This document shows positions 10,900 through 23,048 of a DNA stretch of 64,000 nucleotides, piece after piece (the stretch's first letter is position 1; every line of letters starts with the position of its first letter). The stretch covers positions 256,001 to 320,000 of the forward strand of contig CAVSJV010000002.1 of the NCBI GenBank assembly GCA_963728405.1, in the 5' to 3' direction. Both the position numbers and the translations under genes were made by a program. This stretch comes from Methanomassiliicoccaceae archaeon (GTDB lineage: Archaea; Thermoplasmatota; Thermoplasmata; Methanomassiliicoccales; Methanomassiliicoccaceae). Under the pieces are notes generated by a model, which had not been told where the DNA came from, did not search any database, and saw only the letters and a program-made list of their open reading frames with translations.

Positions 10900-11556
10900 A
10901 TGATGAAGCTCTCAAACTACAATGGGAATCCTTTCATCGGAGTTTACTGCGTAGCAAACGAGAGCCTTTCCCTGGTCCCCCCGGATGCACCTAAGAATCT
11001 AATTAGAGATATCGAGGAAGGCATGGATGTCAAGGTCCTGATAGCGACACTTGACTCCTGCAATATCCTGGGGACGTTAACGGCCATGAACTCATATGGT
11101 GCTATTACTACCAGTATGGCCCAACTGTCCGAGATCCGCCCCATCAAGAAGGAATTGCCGATAAAGCGCATCAAGGATAAGCTGAACGCCTGCGGTAATA
11201 ATATCCTGGTGAATGACAATGCCGCCCTGGTCAACCCGGACCTGGGAGCCACCGCGGTCAAGGAGATCGAGGAAATATTGCAGGTCGAAGTGGTCCAGGG
11301 CATGATCGCCGGCCACAAGACCGTTGGCTCCGTCTGCGTCGCCACCAACAAGGGAGTCCTTTGCCACCCGTCGACCTCCAAGGCCGAACTGGATATGCTT
11401 CGTGCTCTTTTCAAGGTACCCGCGGCCATCGGAACTCTGAACTACGGTGCGCCCGTGCTCGGAGCTTCAATGATCGCCAACTCCAAAGGTGCCGCGGTCG
11501 GGTATCGTTCCACGCCTATCGAGCTCGGACGCGTCGAGGACGCTCTCGGTTTCTGA
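10900..11556 (+). CDS. eif6: Translation initiation factor 6 (aIF6)
   Basis: NPFIGVYCVANE, GNNILVNDNAALVNP, GTLNYGAPVLGA, STPIELGRVEDALGF. Confidence 0.97.
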   Translation: MMKLSNYNGNPFIGVYCVANESLSLVPPDAPKNLIRDIEEGMDVKVLIATLDSCNILGTLTAMNSYGAITTSMAQLSEIRPIKKELPIKRIKDKLNACGNNILVNDNAALVNPDLGATAVKEIEEILQVEVVQGMIAGHKTVGSVCVATNKGVLCHPSTSKAELDMLRALFKVPAAIGTLNYGAPVLGASMIANSKGAAVGYRSTPIELGRVEDALGF

Positions 11557-11761
11557 GCATTGGTGAATGGGCGCTTTGCCCGATCCTTTTCCTCATTCAT
11601 TTTTCCTTCAAAGGAGTTTATTCTCATCTTGCTGAAATATCATGGGCCTTGCTATCAATGAGGGCTCATTAAACGAGGGGCAGATTGGATATGAGTTCTA
11701 GCTGCGATCGGCAGAATCAACCAAACTCTGATCAAAGTATTTCTGCTTCGTTGATGAAGCA

Positions 11762-12397
11762 CTATGGCGAGAAGACCCAGTATTCGGTGGTCGGAGGCAA
11801 GTCCTCTTTCATGAAGTCGATCTCGTTCCCCACCCGCAATACGGATTCTTCGGGCAAACCCTCCAAGAACGGGTCCACTGTTTGAATGGAGATGGAAAGT
11901 CCGCCCCAGCGGAAGTGCATGGGGACCGCGATCTTGGGTTTGAGCTTGGACACGAGGGCTCTGGCCTCCTTGCCATCGATGGTAAAGACGCCGCCCACCG
12001 GTACGAATAGGATGTCGATCGGTCCGATCGCCCTTATCTGCTCCTCGGTGAGCACATGACCAAGGTCCCCGCAGTGGCAGAACTTTACTCCATCTATCTC
12101 GAAACGATAGATGATGTTGCGGCCACGCTTGGCTCCACCTTCCTGGTCATGGTAGGTCTGGATCCCGGTTATCTTGATACCTCTGAGGCTCTTTTCGCCT
12201 GAGTCACGCATCACTGCTGGCTCGCCTTTGACGATCCGGACACAATTATGATCAAAGTGGTCGTGGGTGATCAGTACGACATCGGCTTTGACCATGGGGG
12301 GTTTGATCCCGATTGACTTTCCATCATGGGGGTCCATCACAATAGTGATGCTGTCTCTGACCTCAAAACAAGAATGGCCGTGCCAGATCAACTTCAT
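11762..12397 (-). CDS. MBL-fold metallo-hydrolase
   Basis: WHGHSCF, THDHFDH, HCGDLGH, PVGGVFTID and PMHF motifs. Confidence 0.93.
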   Translation of the reverse strand: MKLIWHGHSCFEVRDSITIVMDPHDGKSIGIKPPMVKADVVLITHDHFDHNCVRIVKGEPAVMRDSGEKSLRGIKITGIQTYHDQEGGAKRGRNIIYRFEIDGVKFCHCGDLGHVLTEEQIRAIGPIDILFVPVGGVFTIDGKEARALVSKLKPKIAVPMHFRWGGLSISIQTVDPFLEGLPEESVLRVGNEIDFMKEDLPPTTEYWVFSP

Positions 12398-12401
12398 GCC
12401 T

Positions 12402-13178
12402 TCACTCCCTCGACGAGGTCTCCTTGAACTTGACCCCGCAGGAAGGGCATTTATTATCCTGTTCGGTCACGACCTCATGACAGACGGGGCAGAGGACCAA
12501 CTCTTCTTCTTCGCTCCCCCCCTTTTTCAACAGGGGGAGGAGCCTCATGACCGCGAACGCGATCAGTGCGGAGGCCACAATGGCGATCCCCCATCCCAAT
12601 TCGCGCCCAAGGGTTTGTGACGTCGTCATGTACAGGTCGACCACATAAAGGGATAGCCCCGTCCCTATCAGGGACATGAATGTGATCATTGGCATGTCGA
12701 AGGCCTTATGGTGGGTGCTGATCCCCACATGTGGAGTTTCATCGACCTTCGCTGGGGTCAATGGCTCCGAACTGGAATTGATAGTTAGAGACACTACAGC
12801 TTCCGCAATATCGCTCTCTTGATAGAGGGCCGGTTCAGTCTCGGTCTCGGCACAGGTCTCTGCGGTAGTCTGAGCAACCACGTCGCCCTGGTCCTCGAGA
12901 GTCAGGTGGTCTGAAACTTCCAGCTGCTTTTCTGGTTTCCTCTCTTTGGGAGGAACATCGGCTGGCTTCTTCATGGTCAGCTCGATCTTTGACCTGGTGG
13001 ACCTGTCGATACTGGTGACCTCCACCTCCCGGCCGATCTTCTCTAGGTCATTGACCTTGCCCATCCAGTCATCGGATGCTGCCTTGAAGTCCCAACCGCA
13101 GAAATCGCATTGGTATGCTCCTCGCCGGTTGCGTAGTCCGCACCGGGGGCACTCCTTCAGACCCGAAGACTTCTCCAT
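12402..13178 (-). CDS. Zinc-ribbon membrane protein (N- and C-terminal double CxxC ribbons, two TM segments)
   Basis: CPRC...CDFC at the N-terminus; CPVC...CPSC at the C-terminus; two hydrophobic helices; closely upstream of the MBL gene. Confidence 0.8.
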   Translation of the reverse strand: MEKSSGLKECPRCGLRNRRGAYQCDFCGWDFKAASDDWMGKVNDLEKIGREVEVTSIDRSTRSKIELTMKKPADVPPKERKPEKQLEVSDHLTLEDQGDVVAQTTAETCAETETEPALYQESDIAEAVVSLTINSSSEPLTPAKVDETPHVGISTHHKAFDMPMITFMSLIGTGLSLYVVDLYMTTSQTLGRELGWGIAIVASALIAFAVMRLLPLLKKGGSEEEELVLCPVCHEVVTEQDNKCPSCGVKFKETSSRE

Positions 13179-13513
13179 TTCCCTGCCTTCGCGATGCATT
13201 GCCATTCATTATTATAATCGTTTTGCCAGCAAAATTCAGTTTTAAAAGCAAGGATGTCGACCACAAAGCTTTCCCAGAACGTCCATCGAAACCAATCCAG
13301 TTTATCCGATCGTCGCTCCTGAACTGATATCACATACTTTAACGAACTGTCGGGGACCGATGGTCAGGATGTTGGGACGCCCTGGTCTGATTGGTCAGAA
13401 CGCTTGACCGCTATGCGGCCGATTCAAAGGACGATCTGGTGAAAATGGCTCGCCCGGCATAAGGATCCGATACTGGAAAAATTCATTATGAATGAATCGG
13501 ATAGGCAACTGGA

Positions 13514-14662
13514 ATGAAGACTCTTATTCTCTGCGTTGACCGGGACGACGATTTTGGGGCCAAGGCTGGCTTGAACAGCCCGTTCATCGGCAGAGAAGAG
13601 AACCTCAATGCAGCCATGGCCTTGGGCCTCAGAGATGCCGAGGACTCCGACATCAATACTCTACTGGCCTCGGTGAGCATATTCGATGAGATGGTCAAGA
13701 AAGGCATGAACGTGGAGATAGCGACCATCTGCGGGGACGTCGATGTCGGATACGAGAGCGATCTGGTGCTCGCGACCCAGCTGGAGACGGTACTTGAGGT
13801 TGTCCGCCCGGACCGTGTGGTGCTGGTCTCCGATGGCGCTGAGGATGAATACATCTACCCAGTGGTCTCGTCCCGCGTCAAGGTCGATTCGGTTCGCAAG
13901 GTCTTCGTCAAGCAGGCTCCCACAGTGGAAGGCGCCTATTACGTCCTCATCAAGATGCTCCATGATGACAAGATCCGGAAGAGGATCCTGGTCCCCATAG
14001 GGCTTGCCTTCTTTGTCTTTGGCGTCTTTGCCCTCCTGGACCCGCTCGTCCAACTCTATCAGAGAATGGTCGATGTGTCGTTCACCAGCATGGGTCTGGC
14101 CATGATCTGGATCGTCGTTGGTCTGTATTTGATCCAATTTGCTTACAAGGTTGGCGACCGTCTGCGGCAGTGGTCCTTGGACACTCGCCGAGCGGTACGG
14201 TCTGGGAGTACTCTCATTCCGTTCGCGGTACTAGCATCGTTACTGTTCCTATTAGGATTGCTATATGGGATCGATGCGGCCACGGTGAACCCTGACAACG
14301 ACCTGCTGCTCAAGTCCCTCCTGTTCATGAGCGGTACCTTGTGGATGTGGGTGTTCGCCTACTTCACTTATGAGGTGGGCATGTTCATCAATCATTACTT
14401 TTCGAAGGGCAGGTTGTCATACACCTTCGTAGTGGCCTCGGTTACCGTGTTCGCCATAGGGTTTATCCTACAGGGGGCGTTGGATGCAACCCAGACCTTC
14501 TTCGGCTATCAGGCCTACGATCAAGTGGTCATCGTCCTGGAGATAGTATCGGGATTCCTACTGGCTGTGTTCGGAGGGCTGCTGAACACCTCCCTCCGGG
14601 CGTTGGACGGCGAGAGCCGCAAGGATGTGGAGAATCTCGAATCGACCGAAACGCTCGAGTAG
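13514..14662 (+). CDS. DUF373-family archaeal membrane protein
   Basis: LILCVDRDDDFGAKAG...GREENLNAA...EDSDIN...VSDGAEDE...VKQ, followed by multiple TM helices. Confidence 0.92.
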   Translation: MKTLILCVDRDDDFGAKAGLNSPFIGREENLNAAMALGLRDAEDSDINTLLASVSIFDEMVKKGMNVEIATICGDVDVGYESDLVLATQLETVLEVVRPDRVVLVSDGAEDEYIYPVVSSRVKVDSVRKVFVKQAPTVEGAYYVLIKMLHDDKIRKRILVPIGLAFFVFGVFALLDPLVQLYQRMVDVSFTSMGLAMIWIVVGLYLIQFAYKVGDRLRQWSLDTRRAVRSGSTLIPFAVLASLLFLLGLLYGIDAATVNPDNDLLLKSLLFMSGTLWMWVFAYFTYEVGMFINHYFSKGRLSYTFVVASVTVFAIGFILQGALDATQTFFGYQAYDQVVIVLEIVSGFLLAVFGGLLNTSLRALDGESRKDVENLESTETLE

Positions 14663-14670
14663 GTGGTCCA

Positions 14671-15343
14671 TTGGACTATTCTGAATGGGAACCCATCTAT
14701 CGGCGCATCGTGAAGGAGTTCGGTTTCTCGATGGAGGCGGATGAACGATCGGCCCGGACGCTAGCTCGTATCTGCAGAAACAAGGACAGTGTGCCCCCCG
14801 GAATGCTTACGACGGAAGGTGGGGGAGGATGTAACCGTCCTCGGTAACGGCCCAAACCTGGAGCAGGAACTTAGACAGCAGGCTCCCGCAGGGACGGTGA
14901 TCACGGCGGATGGGGCAACCTCCACTTTGATGCACACCCTGGGCAGGGTCCCCGACATCATCGTGACCGACCTGGACGGGGACGCGGTCGATCAGATCGC
15001 GGCCAACGCCCAGGGGGCCATCGTCGTGGTCTTGGCCCATGGCGACAACGAGGAACTCGTCCGAAGGTACGCCCCATGGTTCACTGGCCCAGTCACCCCG
15101 ACCACCCAGGGCCGGCCTTTCGACGGGGTCTATAACTTCGGAGGCTTCACCGACGGGGACAGGGCGGTAATGCTGGCGAGGCATATGGGGGCCATTCGGA
15201 TACACCTGCGTGGTTTCGATCTGGAAAATCCCAGGCCCAAAGCGGGGAAGGATCCGGCGGTCAAACTGAGGAAGCTGCAGATCGCCCGTGACCTGATCTG
15301 GGGCTTGAACCCGCCCGGAGTTGAGATAACGGCCTTTAACTGA
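14671..15343 (+). CDS. mptE: 6-hydroxymethyl-7,8-dihydropterin pyrophosphokinase MptE; +1 frameshift at ~14785-14800
   Basis: TTG start gives MDYSEWEPIYRRIVKEFGFSMEADERSA; shifted frame has ADGAT, PDIIVTDLDGD, AHGDN, NFGGFTDGDRA, KLRKL. Confidence 0.9.
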
Positions 15344-15874
15344 GCCTTCTCTCCTGCTCGGAACCGTCAATGGCACCACAATGAGGGTAAGAGCGATCGA
15401 TCCTACGGATGCATCTATTCTTCTCAAAATGGAAGAAGATCATCCTAGCTAGATACGCAAAAGAGTATTGTCAGACCGATTGCAGATTTTCTCGTGGCCT
15501 ACCGAAGGGTCGTTTGTATGCAGAACGATATCAGGCGAATGAACTGTGGACAAACGTATCGGAAGAGCACAGGGGCCATAGTATCATGCCCCTTTTTCGT
15601 TGAGAAGAGAGCTTCAAACGGAAGTCCTCCTTGGCACATCAATTACCTAACTATTTGAGTGTGAAAAGAACAGTTACGAAATATCTCAATCAGTGTGATG
15701 ATCGAGGTCTTGTATATATTGTATTACAGGTGTATATTATTATATCATTTTGAATGATGTGGCATCTTTCAAACAATTATATTTTATTACTTAATAAAAC
15801 AAATCATATTATATCTTTACTTCGTTCATCCAGTATTCTCTCGCAGGGTCATATTAGGAAAGGAGGCAATTGAC

Positions 15875-18287
15875 ATGGAAGGAGCAAACAATCGCTCCCT
15901 TCCTGAGGAATCCGGCTCCAAGCGACCGTCCACAAAGATCTTTGCAATTGCACTAGTTGCAATTCTGATTATGGCGGCCTTCGCCGGAGTAGTATTTCTC
16001 ATGGGAGTGGGTGCAGGAAAGACAACCGCCACCGCAACTGCGGACAAGGTGATCGCGACCGTGGGTGAAACTGTGAATTTCACCGCAGCCACCAGTACCT
16101 CAGCTGGAAAGATCACCAACTACGCTTGGAATTTTGGTGATGGCACCATCGAAGAAAAGACCATTGCCTCTGCAAGCCATGAATATGCGAATGCTGGGAT
16201 GTACACCATCATTCTCACCATAATGGATGATAAAGGCAACAGCGCTACGAACTGGGGTTCATTGCTAACCATCGAGGTGTCATTGCCAGAGGCAATTGAG
16301 CCCACCAATGGGTCCTCACCAATTCCCCTGGCAGTAGCCTCGAGCACAGCGCTAAAGGCCACCAACAGCACTATCATCCTGAATGCCAATGCTTCCCTTG
16401 CCTGGGATGTGATCGACGGTGATCCGTTCATCGATGTCGGCAATGTTATGTCCTTTTCCTGGCACTTTGGCGACGGGTCCGCTGATGTAACCGGCGATCC
16501 CTCCGTTGCTGGGGCTGTCACTCATACCTACGCCGGTGATGGATCGGTCATCGTCTCGTACGTGGCCGTGACCAGTATCCACGATGTGTCTGCGAAATAC
16601 TACATAACCGTCGTTGTGTACCCGGCCAACTATGATCCATCGGCCGCCGTCAAGCACCCGGACACCTTCGTCCTGGCAACCGTCGGTCAACCCCAATGCA
16701 TCGACCCAGCTGTTGATTATGAGAGTGCCGGCGGAGAGATACTGAACAATGTCTACGAGACCCTGGTCTGGTATAATGCGAATAGCTCCAGCGAGCTGAA
16801 GCCCATGCTTGCCACCGAGGTTCCCACCGTTGAGAACGGGGGCATCTCCGAGGATAAGCTGAACTACACCTTCCATATCCGTCAGAACTGTCAAGTTCCA
16901 CGATGGAGACCTGATGACCGCCGAGGACGTCCGATACTCTATCGAAAGGGTCCTAAGAATAAACGACCCCAATGGTCCGGCATGGATCCTGCAGCAGGTC
17001 CTTATCCCCAACTTCGTCATGGGTGAATGGACCCCCGAAGGAAACCAATCTCAGATCGATAACGCCATGACCGTTAACGGCAATGATGTTACCTTCCATC
17101 TGGTCACTCCCTATGCTGGATTCCTGTACTTGATGGCATATACTGTCGGGTCCATCGTTGAGAAGTCCTATGTCGAGGCTCATGGCGGCATCGTGAACGA
17201 CCAGCAGAACGAATGGATGAACCGGCATGAGATGGGCACCGGCCCTTTCAAGTTCGTTGAGTGGGTCCCCTCGCAGTACATGAGGATGGACCGTTTCGAC
17301 CAATACTGGCAGGGTCCGGCAGCTCTGAAGCATGTCATCATCCGCGAGGTCAATGATATCGGTTCCAGGGAGATGCAGCTTTTCTCCGGCGACGCGGACT
17401 GTGCGGCCATTGATACCACTCATAAGCAGGATGTCATCGGCAAGACCGGACTGCGCATCGTTGAAGGCCTTCCAACCTTTACAATAGGGTTTATCGGCCT
17501 GAACCAGTTCATAAATGATGGTGTGCACAACATCGATATAGGTGACGTGCCAGCGACCTTCTTCTCGGACGTCCATGTCCGGAAGGCGTTCGTTGCATCG
17601 TGGAACTATGAGTCGTATATTCACAATGCGATATTCGACTCGGCTGTCCACCCCAACGGAATGATCCCCAACGGCATGTTTGGTTACAACTCGACCGTTC
17701 CAGAACAACAATATGATCTGGCCGTGGCCGAGAGCGAACTTAAGCTCGCTCTGGACACCAGGACCCCGGACCCGGATGATACCTATTGGGACAATGGGTT
17801 CACCCTGAACATATACATCTATAATGGGGATAAGAACGGGCAGCTGATCTGCGAGATGTTGAAATATTCGCTAGAATCTCTGAACCCGAAGATCTCCATC
17901 AACTTTGACGGCCTTGAGTGGGGCTCGCTCATGCTCCCGGCCCTTTTCAATGGCGAGTTGCCCATGATGGAACTCACCTGGCAGATGGACTATCCCGACC
18001 CAGATGACTTCGCCATCCCGCTTGCATCCGTCGGCGGGAGCTATTCTAGTCTGTTCGGCCTTAGTAACGCGACCCTGTCTCAGCTGATCAGGGACGCCGC
18101 TCAGGAGACCGACCTCACCCTCCGCGCCGAGATGTACTATGATATCTCGATGTCGATGTACGAGAACGCGTACTACATATGGGTGGAACAGCCGACGACC
18201 TTCCATGTGGAGAGGGACTGGGTCCAGGGTTACTATTACAACCCGACCTATTCTGGCCTCTACTATTATGCGTTGTCGAAGGGCTAG
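15875..18287 (+). CDS. oppA: Family-5 (peptide/nickel) ABC substrate-binding protein with N-terminal anchor and two PKD domains; +1 frameshift at ~16889
   Basis: PKD motifs YAWNFGDG and FSWHFGDG; DPAVDYE...NVYETLV; FHIRQN/VKFHDG...TAEDV across the shift; GTGPF; WQMDYPDPD. Confidence 0.92.
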
Positions 18288-18439
18288 ATCAGTTCAAACC
18301 TCTTCTCCGCTTTTTCATATTTACTACTATCTTGATTTATAAAAACGACTCACGCCACTGTAGATTAATATGAAACGACTTTATTCATAAGATAGGCTAT
18401 TTATAGCGACATTAAGTTTAGCCAGACGGTGACTGGATC

Positions 18440-19468
18440 TTGAGGATGCGCACCTACATCATCCGAAGACTTCTACTCATCATCCCCGTCCTGGTCGGTA
18501 TTTCGATCATCATCTTCTTTCTGACCCAGATCGGGGGAGAACCTGCATCGGCCTACCTCACAGAGCACATGTCGAAGGCCCAGGTCGATGCCGTTTACGA
18601 AAAATACCATTTCAACGACCCCGTCGAAACCCAATATTTCTACTGGTTGGACGGGGTGTTGCACGGAGATTGGGGCGTTTCCAGGACTCAGGGCAGTATG
18701 CCGGTCACTGACGCAATAGCCATCCTATTCCCGGCGACCTTCGAATTGGCCATATTCTCCATGATCATCGCCGTTGTTATTGGCCTCTACTTTGGCACCG
18801 TATCGGCGGTCAAAAGGGATACGTTGATCGATCACTCTACCAGAATGATCGCCCTTACGGCCGTTTCCATGCCCATCTTCGTGTTCAGTTTGATCTTGTT
18901 GTTCATATTCTATGCCCAGCTAGGCTGGTTACCGTTCGGCGGTCGCTATGATGCGATCTTATTCATGGAATATTCCGATGCCTGGCATCAGTACACCGGA
19001 TTTTTTTTGATCGATTCCGTTCTTAACGGTAATTACGTCATGTTCATCGATGGGCTGAAACATATCATCCTCCCCGCGGTTGCCCTAGGGCTCTCCTCCT
19101 TTGCCCTTTTTACAAGGATGATGAGGTCCAGCATGCTCGAGGTCCTTGGTCTTGATTATATCAGGAGCGCACGGGCCAAGGGACTCCCGGAGAAGGTGGT
19201 CATCAACAAGCACGCCCGAAGGAATGCTCTGATACCCACGACGACCGTGGCAGGAATGGCCTTTGGCAGCCTCTTAGGGGGGGCGGTCATCACCGAGACG
19301 ATCTTTCAATGGCCCGGTCTGGGCCGGTGGTCCACCATGGCTATCACCGTGAACGACTCGGCATCGATAATGGGTTTCGTTCTCCTGGTGGCGATCATCT
19401 TCATGGTCGCCAACCTGGTCGTGGATATCCTTTACGCCTATCTTGATCCGCGGGTCAAGCTGGGGTGA
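18440..19468 (+). CDS. oppB: Oligopeptide/dipeptide ABC permease (OppB/DppB type)
   Basis: YIIRRLL, PATFELA, RSSMLEVLGLDYIRSARAKGL, ITETIFQWPGLG, YAYLDPRV. Confidence 0.95.
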   Translation: MRMRTYIIRRLLLIIPVLVGISIIIFFLTQIGGEPASAYLTEHMSKAQVDAVYEKYHFNDPVETQYFYWLDGVLHGDWGVSRTQGSMPVTDAIAILFPATFELAIFSMIIAVVIGLYFGTVSAVKRDTLIDHSTRMIALTAVSMPIFVFSLILLFIFYAQLGWLPFGGRYDAILFMEYSDAWHQYTGFFLIDSVLNGNYVMFIDGLKHIILPAVALGLSSFALFTRMMRSSMLEVLGLDYIRSARAKGLPEKVVINKHARRNALIPTTTVAGMAFGSLLGGAVITETIFQWPGLGRWSTMAITVNDSASIMGFVLLVAIIFMVANLVVDILYAYLDPRVKLG

Positions 19469-19472
19469 ACAA

Positions 19473-20507
19473 GTGGACAAGGTCAAGAAGGTCGAGAATA
19501 GCACCATCCCAATGGGATCGGCAGGGCAAACGTCCCGGTCGCGTTCGTCCAAATCCATCGCACGGACCAGGAGGTCCCTGTCGCCCCACATCCGAGAGTT
19601 CAGGTATGATCTGAGGCTGTTCCGCAAGAGCAAGCTGGCTACGGTCGGCCTTACCCTGATCATCATCATCATGGGGATCGCGGTCCTAGCGCCTATTTTG
19701 GCCCCCACATTACCAAACCATGATCCGGGGGTTGTGCCAAAGGATTTTGCCTCGCCAAAACCACCGGGCGCTACCGGATCGATCGACAATAGGGCCTACA
19801 ATTTCCCATTGGGCAGCGGCAGCGGTGGAGAGGACATCTACTACGGTGTCATCTGGGGGGCCAGGACCTCCATTTACACGGCCGTTACTATCGTCGCTAT
19901 CTCGATGCTTATAGGCATTGTCCTGGGAGCTATCGCCGGCTATCGTGGGGGGGTCATCGATGAGGTGTTGATGAGGGTGACCGACGTCTTCCTCTCCCTT
20001 CCGGCACTCATTCTGGCCATGGCCGTCGTATCGGTGCTCTCGCGTACGCTGGACAATATCATATTGGCCCTTATCATCACCTGGTGGCCCGCATACGCAC
20101 GGCTGGTAAGGGGGCAGGTCCTCTCGATCAGGGAGAGCACCTATGTTGAAGCGGCAAGGGCCGTCGGGGCAAAGACGAACCGCATCCTATTCAGACACAT
20201 TGTCCCGAATTCCTTATCCCCCCTGATGGTCCAGGCCACCATGGACATGGGTGTGGTAGTGTTGGTCACCGCAGGTCTAAGTTTCATTGGCTTCTCCCAA
20301 CCCGGCACCGCCGAGTGGGGAAGGCTCGTTTTCGAAGGCCAGCAGAACATGTTCTCACAATATGCATACCCGTATCCAGGAGGAGAGCTTTACAACCCCT
20401 GGTGGATGTGGGTCTTCCCGAGCATGTTCATCTTCATCTTCGTCATGGGGTTCAATCTCTTGGGAGATGGCCTGAGGGACATGCTCGATCCAAGGCTCAG
20501 GAGGTAG
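19473..20507 (+). CDS. oppC: Oligopeptide/dipeptide ABC permease (OppC/DppC type); start uncertain
   Basis: GARTS, YVEAARAVGA...ILFRHIVPN, GFNLLGDGLRDMLDPR. Confidence 0.94.
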   Translation: MDKVKKVENSTIPMGSAGQTSRSRSSKSIARTRRSLSPHIREFRYDLRLFRKSKLATVGLTLIIIIMGIAVLAPILAPTLPNHDPGVVPKDFASPKPPGATGSIDNRAYNFPLGSGSGGEDIYYGVIWGARTSIYTAVTIVAISMLIGIVLGAIAGYRGGVIDEVLMRVTDVFLSLPALILAMAVVSVLSRTLDNIILALIITWWPAYARLVRGQVLSIRESTYVEAARAVGAKTNRILFRHIVPNSLSPLMVQATMDMGVVVLVTAGLSFIGFSQPGTAEWGRLVFEGQQNMFSQYAYPYPGGELYNPWWMWVFPSMFIFIFVMGFNLLGDGLRDMLDPRLRR

Positions 20508-20511
20508 GAAG

Positions 20512-21943
20512 ATGGAAACCGAAGGCATCATACTGGAGATCGAGAACCTTCACACCAACTTCTATACCTATGCTGGTGTGGTAAAGGCCCTGGATGGCCT
20601 AAACCTCTCCATACGGAAGGGGGAGACATTTGGGCTGGTCGGGGAGACAGGCTGCGGTAAGAGCGTCACCGCTAACTGCGTCCTCCGGCTCATCCCCTCG
20701 CCGCCAGGCCGGATCGAGTCCGGCCACATTTACTTCTCCATCCCTGAGGGAGAGCGAAAGAAGATCAAAGAGCTCGATGCCAAACTCAGCGAGATGGAAG
20801 GTCGAAAGGTCGGCGAGGACGATTCAGAATACATGGCCACAAAGCAGGATTGGGCCAAATTGATCCGAGAATGGGACCTCTTGGCCAAGGACATGGCCTA
20901 CATGCGGAATATACGTGGAAATCAAATATCCATGATCTTCCAGGAGCCTATGAGCGCTCTGAACCCGGTATTTACTGCCGGCGATCAGATCTCCGAGGTC
21001 ATGCTCGTCCACGAGCGCAGGCAACTTGCCCAGAATCGTGCTAATGAGGATCGATGAACAGATCGCCACTATCAAGGGCCACAAGCATGTGTATGTCCAC
21101 ATGGTCGGAGGCGCAGCGCCTGGCGAGTTCCGGTGCTCGTCCTGCGCCACGATAGTCCCAATGGGCTCGACGGAGTGCTCGTACTGTGGTGGCAGTTTTG
21201 ATCATAGGCCACTTCGCCCCCTGTCCCTGGTCAAGCTGACCTACCTTCGCCAGTTCTATGTGCGGATGCAAAAGGACCCTGAGGATATCCTCCTTAGGAT
21301 CTCATCAAGGATCCCCATTCTACGGCGTTACGAGAAGCTCATAACGCAGGAGGCCTTGGACAAGGCCGAGGAAATGCTCAGGCTGGTACGCATCCCAGAT
21401 CCGGGAAACGTTCTCAGATCCTACCCTTATGAGCTCTCGGGAGGTATGCAGCAGAGGGTGACCATCGCTATGGCCTTGGCTAATCGACCTCGCCTCCTGA
21501 TCGCCGACGAACCCACCACTGCCCTGGACGTCACCATCCAGGCCCAGATCCTGAAGTTGATGACGGACCTCCAGGAACAGACCGGTACCTCTATTCTGCT
21601 GATCACTCACAATCTAGGGGTAGTGGCGGAGACCTGCCACCGTGTTGGCGTCATGTATGCAGGAGTCATGGCCGAGATCGGGTCGGTGACTGATGTGTTC
21701 AAAGAACCCCTGCATCCCTATACTCAGGGTCTGATGAAATCCATACCCACGCTGTCGGCCAGGGTAGAACGTCTGGAGGTCATCGAGGGCAGCGTTCCCA
21801 ATCTCATCAGGCCCCCATCCGGCTGCCGTTTCAACCCGAGATGTCCCTATGCCATGGACATTTGCAGAGCGGAGAAGCCACCTATTGTCGAGTTCAAGGC
21901 CGGTCATAATGTGTCCTGCCATCTTTACAAGGGGGCCAACTGA
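20512..21943 (+). CDS. oppD: Oligopeptide ABC ATPase (OppD type) with helical and zinc-ribbon insertions; +1 frameshift at ~21029-21031
   Basis: GETGCGKS, IFQEPMSALNP, ELSGGMQQR, IADEPTTALD, HPYT, C-terminal GCRFNPRC...C...CH. Confidence 0.92.
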
Positions 21944-21944
21944 G

Positions 21945-23045
21945 ATGGGCTCGGACATATTGATCGAGGCCAGGGGTCTTAAGAAATACTTCCCTGTCCG
22001 GGGAGGTCTGCTCCATAAGAAGGTGTCAAGCGTAAAGGCCATAGATGATATCGATCTCTACATCCGAAAGGGCGAGACCGTGGGACTGGTGGGGGAGTCC
22101 GGCTGCGGTAAGACCACCACCGGCCGATGCATGCTACATCTTACCAGGCCAACCGGCGGACACATCTATTACAAAATGCCCTCGAAGGAGCGAGACCGGC
22201 TGATCAACCTGGAGAACGAATGGATGGGGATCGAGGGCGGCCTCGGCAAGGTGTCTGAGGCCGACCGAATCGCTGTGGAGATGGAGGAGATCAACGACAA
22301 GTACTCCCTCGAAGCGAAGGATGCCGAATCCCTCCGTCAGATAAGGCGGAACATGCAGATCGTCTTCCAAGACCCTTTTTCATCGTTGAACCCCCGAATG
22401 CTGGTCAAGGACATTGTCGGCGAGCCGCTGCTGGTCCATGGCATCGCCAAGGGAGATGATCGGGAGGCCCGAGTTGTCAACCTTATGGAAGCGGTCGGTC
22501 TGGATTCCGAACATCTCTATAGGTTCCCTCACGAGTTCTCGGGTGGGCAGAGGCAAAGGATCGGGGTGGCCCGGGCCTTGGCGCTAAATCCGGAGCTGGT
22601 CGTACTGGATGAGCCGACGTCGGCCCTGGATGTATCCGTCCAGGCTCAGATCCTCAACATGCTCAATGACCTTCAGGAAAAGTTAGATCTTACCTTCCTG
22701 TTCATCTCTCATGATCTAAGTACCATACGATACATGTGCGACCGGGTGAACGTCATGTATCTGGGCAAGATCGTCGAGTCGGCCCCTAAGAATGAGCTGT
22801 TCGAGCACCCCCTGCATCCGTACACTGAAGCGCTGCTATCGGTGGTCCCCATTCCGGACCCGGCCCATAAGCGCGAGAAGATCACCCTGGCCGGAGAGGT
22901 CCCGTCATCGTTGGATCCGCCGACCGGTTGTCGGTTCCATACGAGGTGCAGGTACCGCGACACCATCTGCGAGAGGGAGGAACCAAAGCTCATCAGCGTG
23001 GGCGGGGAACACCTTGTGGCCTGTCACCTTCGCGGGAAAAGGTGA
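21945..23045 (+). CDS. oppF: Oligopeptide ABC ATPase (OppF type)
   Basis: [45 protein letters not shown]. Confidence 0.95.
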   Translation: MGSDILIEARGLKKYFPVRGGLLHKKVSSVKAIDDIDLYIRKGETVGLVGESGCGKTTTGRCMLHLTRPTGGHIYYKMPSKERDRLINLENEWMGIEGGLGKVSEADRIAVEMEEINDKYSLEAKDAESLRQIRRNMQIVFQDPFSSLNPRMLVKDIVGEPLLVHGIAKGDDREARVVNLMEAVGLDSEHLYRFPHEFSGGQRQRIGVARALALNPELVVLDEPTSALDVSVQAQILNMLNDLQEKLDLTFLFISHDLSTIRYMCDRVNVMYLGKIVESAPKNELFEHPLHPYTEALLSVVPIPDPAHKREKITLAGEVPSSLDPPTGCRFHTRCRYRDTICEREEPKLISVGGEHLVACHLRGKR

Positions 23046-23048
23046 GAT

